From positions 28,892,001-28,956,000 of the forward strand of contig OZ024754.1 in assembly GCA_964016885.1 (NCBI GenBank): a stretch of DNA of 64,000 bases, written 5' to 3'. This DNA is from Eledone cirrhosa (Eukaryota). The notes under the pieces are model-generated. The model worked only from the letters and a program-made list of their open reading frames with translations, searched no databases and was not told where the DNA came from. This document shows positions 50,150 to 60,725 of this stretch, one piece after another. The position numbers and the translations under genes were made by a program. Within the stretch, counting starts at the first letter, position 1. Each line of letters opens with the position of its first letter.

Positions 50150-50500
50150 AATCATCACTACCACCACAATCATCATAATCATGATCTGTGTTTGCATGCT
50201 TGAATGAGTTGGATTGGTTATCTCCTGTACAGCCTCATTCCATTTGTTGCATTCTGTGTCCTCTCCTCTGCAACAGTTTAGTATTCTGATATCAACTCCC
50301 ATCATTTCTGCCCAGGTCTTCCCCAGTCTTCCTCTTCTGCAGTTTCCTTCCACATAGAAAGCTCAGTATTTCTTCACCCAATAAACATCATCCATATGCA
50401 TAATGTCTCCATAACAACTCAATGTTCTGTCTTGCTCACTATTCTTTTTACACCTAGTTTTTTTCTCAGCTCTTCCATGCTTCATCGTGTATGTAAATCA
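50150..50500 (-). mobile_element. Old RTE 3' fragment
   Basis: ORF 50069-50353 contains EGNCRRGRLGKTWAEM. Confidence 0.6.
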
Positions 50501-51039
50501 CACGCCCATGCCAGCACTCTCTTTTCCCTAACACACCACATCTGAGTCTTCTTATGCAGTTTTTCTCTCACCCCACCTATGTATCACCGTTCCTGCTCAC
50601 GTCAAAATGTTAATTTCTGTAGTCATTAACGTCTTAATAGTAATCAAACTCAACATAAAATACATATAAAACATAATTTTGCAAAAAAAAAAAAAGTAAG
50701 AAGATTTCATTTAATTATGATTACATTTATTATTTGGCTTCTCCTATAACTGATTACTAGGTTTTAAATATATCTGGAAAATATTCCTAGACACAGTATT
50801 TGAAGCCTTTCATATATATGTAGCAGTGATTTAACAAAAGTAATATTTTATAACAGCTCCTGAATAAATCATGAGCTTTTCTCTGCAAGATATTCTTTGA
50901 TTTTGTTCTATTAATGGCAAGGATTAAAGGAATCCTACAATTTTCAGCTAATAAAAGATAAGGCAAACACATTTATCTGCATATTTCTCACAATTCTACA
51001 ATGTCCTTTTTCTTGCATGTGTTTATGACAACATTGAAT

Positions 51040-51580
51040 CATCATCGTTGTCCTCATCTTTCTACATCTGTTTTCAAGCATGGGTAGGACAGTTCAACAC
51101 TAGATAAGTCAGTGGATCGTGTCTTGCTCATATGTTCCATAGTTTGTCATGATTTCTAGGGTCACATGCCTTTCTTAAAGCCAACCACTTTACAGAATGT
51201 GTAGGGTACATTTTATCAGGTCACCAGTGATATCACTTTATGAAGTGTACCCATGTGCATTTTATCTTCGCATATTCACTAATTTTGCAATATACACTGG
51301 GTGCATTTTGTTGTGGCACCTACACTATCCTTTTACAGAGTGTACTGGGGGATTTTTATCATGGTGCCACCATTATCACTTTATAGAGTGTAGTGGATGC
51401 ATTTTATTGTGGCATACTGTGTGGATTTTATTGTGACAGCAGCACTATCCCTTTGTAGAGTATGGTTGGTGTATTTTATTTTAGCACTAGCACTACACTG
51501 AATGTACTGGAAACTTTTTGTTTGGGCACCAGTACTATCACTTTATAGACCATGCTGCTTGTATTTTATCTTGGCAGAGC
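51040..51580 (-). repeat. Second ~48-bp array of the same module (~8 copies) with RTE tail, opposite orientation
   Basis: CACTTTACAGAGTGTACTGGGTGCATTTTATCATGGCACCAGCACTA-type units. Confidence 0.7.
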
Positions 51581-52394
51581 ACTGTAGGGTAGTCGTGAAT
51601 TGTTGACCTGAGACAAAGTGTATACCTACATACATTGTAATACTATTATAAAAGAAAGTATTTTAGGAAATTTCAATATTGCTCCTTCATTTTTTGTCTA
51701 AGATTTGTGTTCCATGAATTCTAAATAAAAATGTTATAATGTTTTTGACAGATCCTAGCATTCAATTCATGTGACAGACAGACAAATGTGTTGCAGTTAT
51801 TATGATATAGGTTGTGTTGTTGACAAGGTGTATGAAAATATTTATGAACTTTGCATACATATTTTAAAAAAATTTTTAAGTTAGAATATTTATTTCTCAT
51901 TGCTGCACGTGCTTGCATGTGTGTGTGTGTATAACTTGCAATGTGATAAATAATTGCAAAATTGTTAGATTTGTTATTGTTACTAAACATTAAGAAATAT
52001 TTTCTTTTCCCCTTTTCACATTTTCTAAGTTCAAATTTCCTTGTAATCCATTCTATAAATTTTATAATTTCATTAATTTTTAAATTAAAACTCGTGTGTG
52101 TTTTTCATAAATCAAATATTTTATGATTTTGCAATATTCATTTAATTAACCCTTCTGTTCCAGTTGTTAGATTTCATCTAGAAGAAAGAAGCTAAGAAAG
52201 AAACATCTCCCTCAATCTCTCACACACATCCTCTCTTTCTAGCTTACTCCCTCTACTTAATGTTTTACTTCTTCTTTGACACACCATCACCATTTTTCTA
52301 ATGAAAGACACTGCTTATGGTTTTTAAATAATTTTGAAAAGAATCAAGAATTTGGGAGGGATTTAGCAATATAACTTTCTCATCATTTAGTTGA

Positions 52395-52700
52395 TGTTGG
52401 TGACATTGGCAGTGTGTTCGGCTACCAGCCCAGGCTTTGTTGCCTGCCAAGTCGAAGAGGGTAAATTGTCAAAGTATCAGCCACTCTCCAATAGATTTAT
52501 GATCGAGCCTGTGGCAGTGGAGATATCCAGCATTCTTGCTGAAGATCACATCCCTCCCCACTGCTATTGGATCAGAGCTGGCTATCCACAAATGTGAGTC
52601 ACCGAAGTGAAGTGGCTGTTCCAATGCATCTCCCTTACCATCCTCCGGAGCAATATCTTCTCCATCTTGTCTGGCAGAAACCTGAGGCAGGCTGACCATT
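52395..52700 (+). mobile_element. CRE-clade non-LTR retrotransposon 3' fragment (restriction-like endonuclease region)
   Basis: EEGKLSKY...RFMIEPVAVE.S...WLFQCISLTILRSN resembles the CRE C-terminal E.K..KY...F.PVAVE...QR.S.A..RGN pattern. Confidence 0.65.
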
Positions 52701-52974
52701 AAGTTTCAGTTATACATACATATCATCATCATCGTTTAACATCTATCTTCCACGCTAGCATGGGTTAGACATATATATATATATACATATATATATATTT
52801 ATTAAAATAACAGATTAGTCTGAAATATATATAATGAAATAAATATAGTTTCCATTTAATATCGTATATATATATATATATATATTTTATAAAATAAAAT
52901 AAGAGGAGGCTGGACTGGTGTAATTCCTTATAGGTTTATTATACTATGAACATTTCAATGACCGGGTTCAGTAT

Positions 52975-53749
52975 CGGCCACATATAAAATCTTCATTCTT
53001 AGATAGCTTACCTGAGATCCCACTACATCTTTACATACCCATAGTTTGCATTTGCAACATAGAATGGTATTTCTACCTACTCCTTTCTTACACACTGAGC
53101 ATGGCCATTTCCCAGAGGGTGCCTGTGCCCTATTCTCTTTTCTACATACTAGAACCTTAGTCTGAGACGAGTTGACTCTAAGGCCTTTTGATTCAAGGCC
53201 ATGCTTCCATATTTGGAACTTCCTCTCTAGTTCAGCCATGGATTCAGCTATGAGAGTTAGATAATCTGCATATAGAAGTTCCCATGGGCAGCCAGTCTTA
53301 AACTCTTCTGTAATAGCCTGTAGGGTAATAATAAACAGGAGGGGGGCTAAGGGCGGAGCCTTCATGAACCCCTACTATTATGCTAAATTCATCACTATAT
53401 TCATTGTTAATCCTAACCTTGCTGTCTGTTCCTCTATACATGGCTTGTATAGCTCTCGCAAGCCAAAATTCCACTCCTAGTTTTTGTAAGACCCCACCAG
53501 ATCAAGGTGCATGGGACTCTGTCAAAGGCCTTCTCCAAGTCAACAAAAACTATGTAGAGGGGTTTATTGTTAGCTAGGTACTTCTGTAATTGCCGTACAA
53601 GGAAAAGTGCATCCGTGGTACTTTTACCTGGCACAAACCCAAACTGCATTTCATCTAGATCAAATTGGTCTCTAATCAGTTGAGTGATAACTCTTTCTGT
53701 GACTTTCATGACTTGGTCAACTAACTTAATGCCTCTATAGTTTCCTCTA
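52975..53749 (-). mobile_element. Internal RTE RT fragment (frameshifted)
   Basis: QFGFVPGKSTTDALF, FVDLEKAFD, ELLYAD, KWPCSVC PHD start. Confidence 0.9.
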
Positions 53750-53815
53750 ACCCTAACATATATATATATATATATATTAGGGTTAGGGTTAGAGGAAACT
53801 ATATATATATATATA

Positions 53816-54507
53816 TCATCATCATCATCATCATTGTTTAATGTCCATCTTCCACGCTGCTAGCATGGGTTAGACGGGAGTTGTCCCACTTGAGGCAAGG
53901 TTGGTTGGGTGACCATGTCTCGCTCATATAGGACTATCTGGCAGATTTTCTACGGCTGGATGCCCTTCCTAACACCAACCACATTTACAGTGTGGAACTG
54001 GGAACTTTTCACCATGTTACCTACACGGCCACATTACAGCATGGACTGTGTTTTTTTGTTGTTGTGACACCTACACGATCTCGATCTCATTATCTCATTT
54101 ATTTGGACCGGATGTTGTGGTACCAACTTTACAGAGAGAGGGTGGTGTTGGTGGGAGTGGGAGGATAAGGTAGGGGTAGTGGATTGGGGTGTATATTTGG
54201 TTGAGAGGTGCCTACTGACTAGGTTTTGCTTTGTACATAGGCAAGGCGGGTCTTCTGTATTACTGCGTAGCGGCATAGCTCTCGGTCCAGTGACATTGTC
54301 TTAGAGAGGTGCAAGTGTGTAAGGTCGGAATTTATCAGATCGTCCCAGGTTTTCTACCGTCAATTTTGATTGCCCTGCACTTTTGTCTATCATGCGTATC
54401 ACGTGACCATACCAACGTAGTCTTCTCTCAAGTAAACAGCATCTGATCCCTCTTATTCCTAATTTCTCACTTAGTTCATTTATGCTTTGCCGTTCAAGTA
54501 TATTACT
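53816..54507 (-). mobile_element. 5'-truncated RTE 3' end
   Basis: SINELSEKLGIRGIRCCLLERRLRWYGHV; 3'UTR like 39685-40114 in the opposite orientation; (CAT)n. Confidence 0.9.
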
Positions 54508-55520
54508 ATATATATATATATATTGATTGTCAATCCTGTAATTAAATGACAATCAATGATTTTATAAAGAAAATAGAATAACTCAGATAAATGATCTTAA
54601 TATAAAAAATATATATATACTGATGGTGATATATGCATGTGTTTTAATAAATATCCTAATACACTTAATCATTATTTAAATATGCTTTAAAGATAAAAAT
54701 GTTTTTAAAAGTTGTAACAAAATATTTAGTGAATGTATTACTTATTTAAACTATGTATCTGACGGCTATAGAAAATAATTTTATTTGTTATATAATATAT
54801 AAGTATAATTAGCTTAAACATAACCAACCAGCTTGTTATATAATATATAAGTATAATTAGCTTAAACATAACCAAATACAAAAGATATTAAACATTTCAT
54901 GTTATTTAATTGGTTGCCTCTATTTGACTTAATATTTGAAAACAATAGTCTTTCTACCTACCCACCTCATTTCTTTCTTTTTTGTCATTATTTCTTCTTT
55001 CTTCGCTCTTTCTTTTTTTTTCTTTTTATGTATTTCTTCCCTAATACATCTATTTACTCATTTAAATATTTATGTATGTATGTATTTTTTTTTCTTGCAT
55101 CTCCTCATATTTACCCCCTCCTTATATCCCTATCTCGCTCCACGTCCACTTCTTCTTTAAATTTAAGTTTATCATGTTATTATTCGTGGTATATAAATGT
55201 TGAGATTTGTTGTAATAAATCACTGCCAATACTGGAATTGAACTATCAAGACCGTTGAGATATGCCATACATCAATTCATGTATTTTATCTTGCGAGGAC
55301 GTACTGAAAAAACAACACACTACCTTCGAAATATATATAATAAAACATATATTTTGATTATGTGAATGTCTTCATTTATTAATATTCTGAAAAATATATA
55401 TATATATTTCGTTTCTGAATTTGTTTAGCAAGATTCTTTATCTGAAATCGTGTGTTGAAACCGATATTGTTATACTTTGGGAGGGTCTTATTGGCAACAT
55501 GACCCTCCCAAAGTATAACA

Positions 55521-56281
55521 AGGCTTCTCCCTCAGAATGAAAGGCAGACTGTATGATGCGTGTATCCGAACAGCGATGTTGCATGGTAGTGAGACCTGGG
55601 CGCTGAAGGTGGAAGACTTACGTAGATTAGAGAGAAACGAAGCCTGCATGCTCCGATGGATGTGTAACAGTAATATACGTGAACGACAAAGCATAAAGGA
55701 ATTGAGAGAGGGACTGAGCATAAGAGGAATCAAATGCTGCGTGCAGGAGAGGCGGTTACGCTGGTATGGACATGTGATGCGTATGAAGGATGACAGCTGC
55801 ATAAAAAGGTGCAGAGCACTAGAAGTTGATGGAAACCGCGGAGTGGGGAGACCCAAGATGACTTGGGATGAGGTGATAAAAGCCGACCTTACCCAACTAC
55901 ACCTCTCAAAGACAATGACACACGACCGTGACTTCTGGCGTCACGCAGTAATACAGGGTACCCGACCTCCCATGGGTACATGCTGAAGCATATAAACAAT
56001 ATGCCCCACTCCCCCACCGCAAGGTGGTCATGGAGGTGCCGCGGCAAAAAAAGCACCCAGCCCACACTGTAAAGTGGACGTGTAGGCGCCACGAAAAAGC
56101 ACCCAGCACTCACTGTAAATGAGGTTGGTGTTAGGAAGGGCATCCAGCTGTAGAAATCAAGCCAGATCAGTTCCTGTATGAGCAAGGCATGGTCAGCCGA
56201 CCAGACACTGCCCACAACAGGACAACCCGTCTAACCCATGCTAGCGTGGAAGAACGGACGTAAAACGGTGATGATGATGAG
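55521..56281 (+). mobile_element. 5'-truncated RTE LINE (subfamily B)
   Basis: ORF 55537-55986 MKGRLYDACIRTAMLHGSETW...GRPKMTW; 3'UTR as in 13070-13372. Confidence 0.92.
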
Positions 56282-56556
56282 AAAAATAACTTTTTAGAAA
56301 ATCACAATATAAATCACAAAAAAAAAAAAATCCCTATGCATCAATTCTTATGTAAAGATTTGTGCAGGTGCATATATAGAGTAAAGTATATATAATATTT
56401 ATAAAGTAAAATAGTTTAATCTATTTAATCTAGTGATGTTCTATATCAGCAAAAAGTATTTCATGATAGATAATTCAAATACCTTTTATGGTGTATTAAA
56501 TTTCACTCACAAAGAATTAGTCATACAATCATACACACACACACACACACACACAC

Positions 56557-56560
<4 letters not shown>

Positions 56561-56591
<31 letters not shown>

Positions 56592-58266
56592 CTTTCTTTA
56601 TTAACCACAGGGGTTTACACAAAGTAGACATTAAGGACAGTACAGGACAATACAGGACGGTACAAATAGGCATTTCTGCGTGTAAAAAAAAGCAAAAAGC
56701 AGAGGATGTAACAAAAAAAGAACAATGAAAAAAAATTCCCCAATAGGGGGGAGACTTCCGAGGACCATCGTGGAGAAAGCCCATTAAAAAAAAGCCACGG
56801 TGACCCTGACCACCAGGCCAAGTGCCCTCTCCCAGTTTTCCACCTTCAATTTACAGGCATATACTCAGAGTAGGTCCATTCACTTGGGCCATTCTTGCCT
56901 CTCTCACCCATCTTTCAGCAAAATGCTGGGAAGAGAGCACTTCCCTCCCTACCCTGATTTTCATTTCAAATGAAATTGGAAAAAGTTAATCAGGGCATCA
57001 CCGAAGAGGTAAGTGCTCGTCTTCAGCCCTTTCAGACGCGTCCACCATACTATCTCTTTCACCATAGCCACCAGACAGATAAAAACTGCCTGCCCTTCCA
57101 GGCTAAAGGGAGAGGGCGGGGCAATCCTCACGATGGACTCAGCTGATAGCCGGATCCGTTCTACACGCGACAGCAGGTGTTCAACATAAACCCACAAGTC
57201 AGCAATGCTCGGACACTGGACGAGTGCATGCAGGACGGTTTCGTTGCCCTGCGCGCATCTCGGACATGCCCGGCTGATGGCACTTCCATGCCTGTAGAGT
57301 TTATCCCAAACTGGCAAAGTTCCTCGGTAGCACTGCCAGGCCAGGGTTTTCTGGAAATTGTCCATAGGCCCCGGCCCAAAAGTTCTTCCGAACAGATTGG
57401 TTAGTTGATTTTCATTGCGGCCTAGAGTTTCCCCAAGTACGTCGTCGCTCTTCCCCTCCACTAATCCTCTATAGAGTGGAGTTTCCACCGATCACATTGC
57501 CCGACTGGTCGAGGCCCATGAGCGCCTGAAGACATTCCTGTCTCCAAGCACTCCCTCTCAGTCTTCGCTTGACCCAGGTCTGCAGCTCTGTCAAGGAAGA
57601 GGTGGAGATGTCGTAGCCTGAGGACATGTCTGCGCATCATCAACCACGGCATGCCCAGCCCTCCACGTAGCGGGTGTTGACAGCAGATGGACCGCCTGAC
57701 CATCGGAGCACGTCCCTTCCACAAAAAGCGAAAGTGCAACGCTCCAGTGCAGTTAGGTGAGGTTTAGGACAAGGTAGTAGATGACGGCCCACCGACTTTT
57801 CCTGATTGCTCCTGTCACCGCTTCGTATTCTCTTAGTGTGGTGCCAATCGCCTCGATGTGTTTGGCGTTCAACACCACTATGGTGATATCGTCCGCATAT
57901 GCTGACATGGATCTTCCGCATCCTAGTTCGTGCGGGACCCCTCTCAACGTCTCCAGTTTGTGCAGTAATGGCTCGAGAGTCAATACGTACAAGAGGGACG
58001 AGAGGGGACATCCTGGGCGGACCGAGCGCATGATGTTGAACGGCTCCGAAAGGTGACCGTTCACTCTCACCACATAGCAGATGTCGCTGTGCATGGCAGT
58101 GATCCAGCCTCTGAAGACGGGCCCAAAGCCAGCCGCCCTCAGGACTGCCGCCAGATAACGATGGTCGACCCTATCGAAATCTTTCGATTGATCTAACTTG
58201 ATCAAGGACCCACCCGTGCCAGGTTCCCTAGCTACCCTCTCCACGATGTATCGCATGAGGTGGAGG
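56561..58266 (-). mobile_element. 5'-truncated L1/Tx1-clade LINE with internal deletions
   Basis: LDQSKDFDRVDH, VRPGCPLS, AYADDI, RGGLGMP, C-terminal zinc knuckle CPRC-x7-H-x4-C; AATAAA then (ATT)n tail. Confidence 0.88.
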
Positions 58267-58601
58267 AAGGACGATTAGTTATGTCTTCATTACCATTATT
58301 GATTAGCGACAGGCGTTTCGCTATTGATCAGCTCAAAGTTCAATCTATATCGATCTAGCCCGACTCTGGAATCAAAAGCTAGAGTCAGGCTAGATTGATG
58401 CAGATCAAACCTTGAGCTGATCAATAGTGAAACACATGTCACTACTCAATAAACGTAATGAAGACATAACTAATTGTCCTTCTTCTTCTTATTATTATTA
58501 TTATTATTACACTCTGCTTAGTTCTACACTTCTATACTTACGAGAAACTGCACATCGAGTGCTCACTCTGGTGAACTTACAATAACTGGACACTACAATC
58601 C
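58263..58601 (+). mobile_element. Fold-back PLE-like remnant (palindrome 58263-58485)
   Basis: ~105-bp arms; GAAACACATGTC (58429-58440), AATAAA (58448-58453), GAGTGCTC (58557-58564). Confidence 0.7.
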
Positions 58602-58777
58602 CTATATATATATATATATATATATATAAATATAGTTATGTAATAAACAACATAAGGTAATTATTTCATTTACCAGTGGTTTCTTGAAAGCAGATGTATC
58701 TGTTTCCAGTCGTCAGAATGAATAAAAAGCATGGTGCTTTTATTAAATATGAATTTCACATTTCTTTATATATATAA

Positions 58778-58853
<76 letters not shown>

Positions 58854-58868
58854 TGAGAGAGAGGGAGC

Positions 58869-59008
58869 ATCAAATTTAATATAGAAATGGCTTCTACAGG
58901 GTTAGAACTGTTTCATTCAAAAGAAACCATCAGGAAAGTCAACCTGGTGATTTCTTTTGAATGAAACAGTTCTAGTCGTGTAGAAGCCAATTCTATATTA
59001 AATTTGAT
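58869..59008. repeat. Fold-back palindrome, probably PLE-related
   Basis: ~65-bp arms; GAAAC at 58963-58967 follows the central hairpin. Confidence 0.65.
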
Positions 59009-60507
59009 ATATATATATATATATAAGATCGATGATTCCTCGAGTATAAATGGTATATTGCTATGTACATTGCCATAGGTAGTGTTTTTCATTAGAAATA
59101 TTGCTATGAAAGGGTTAAACTAGAAAAGGAAATATCATTATTCCAGTGTTTTGTTAGTATAAGTAGAGTAAATGTTGATGATGATATTTGGTAGTTCTGT
59201 CAGTTAACACTTGCTGGTCACAAGTTAATATATAGATATAGAATTCTTTATTGGCATGGTTGATTTCTTTCAAACAAAAGTGATTAAATGTTAATAGAGG
59301 TCAACAGGTTACAATACTATTGACTTTTAATGATTGTTGTTTGTTGTGGAAGAATAACTCAGCTTGGTTTGTGAATAGCTATTTAGAAAGTTGGAAAATT
59401 ATGGAATTTGGCTCATCAGTTTAGTTTATGTTAAACTGGGAGATGGATACTGCCTTACAGTTTTTCAGAAACAATAGACTACGATTTAATTATATTACTA
59501 TATTCTTTCCAAATTAATGATTATTTTCAAAATTATTTGAAAATCGGCTGTCTTTCATTAGAAATATGATAACACAAGGGATAATGTCTTTGTATTTATC
59601 TAAAACACTTTCATTATAATTTTTGTCTAAAAACCTTTATTAGGTTATGCTCCAAGTGGCAGTTTAATGAGAAAGATATATATATATAATGAGAAAGATA
59701 TATATAACGAGAAAGATTATTTGAAAATAATAGGCAGTCTTTCATTACAAATATGTTAACAGAAGAGTTAAAGTGTTTATATTTATCTCAAATACCTCCA
59801 TCATAATTGTATGTAAGAACCTCTGTTAAGTTATATTATAATAACTTAATAATGAGAAGTTTATCTTACTAAATTTCTCCAAATTCTTGATTATTTTAAA
59901 GTTATTTGAAAATCATAGGTATTGTCTTTCATTAGAATTATGTTAATGGAAGAGTTAAAGTGTCTATATTTATTCAAAATCCTTCCATCACAATTTTATG
60001 GAAGAACCTCTGTTAAGTCCTGAGCCTCAATTTAATAATGAGAAAGTAAATCTCTCAAAATTCTTGATTATTGGTAAGAATTATTTGAAAATCACATGCA
60101 ATGTCTCTCATTAGAAATATATTGACAAAAAGGTATGTTTTTTCTCTCTTTTCTCCCTGAACTGATTTCTTCCTAAACTTGGAGTCCTCTCCAGAAACAC
60201 TTTAGATTCATTACCATTCTGTCTGTTTGTCTCCTTATATAATAACACTTGCTGTAGCCAGTTGGATAATAAAATAGCCATATTGTTTTTCAATAGTTTC
60301 TTCCAGCAATAATTAAATTGATTAAGGAATGGTTACCATCTGCCAGTTTGACTTGGGTGGCTCTTAGCACTAATTATTCTAACTGTAGCCATTTCAAAAT
60401 AATGATTTATTTCATAAACTTGTGTTATGTCATCAGGCAATTCTGTTTATTTAAATGAAGGATAACAAAATAGAAGAATGACAGTTTATCATGTAGCCTC
60501 ATTAAAA

Positions 60508-60725
60508 GGAATGATCGACATTCATTAAACCGGACCGAGGAAACAATGTTTCCATTAATCTTTCCAATTGCTAATACTATCTATCGGTCGCAACTCCAGG
60601 TAGAAGGAGCAATGTGGAATAAAGTGTCTTGCTCAAGGACATAACGCATCACCCGGTCCGGGAATTGAACTCACAACCTCACGATTGTGAATCCACTTCT
60701 CTAACCACTCAGCCACACGCCTTCA
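60508..60725 (-). mobile_element. tRNA-derived SINE, same family as 6299-6516
   Basis: Collinear, high similarity to 6299-6516. Confidence 0.85.

Noticed and set aside
58417-58440. CTGATCA-ATAGT-GAAAC as a complete compact hammerhead
   Set aside because: The core is CUGAUCA rather than CUGANGA, there is no room for stem II, and there is no stem I partner; treated as a half motif only.
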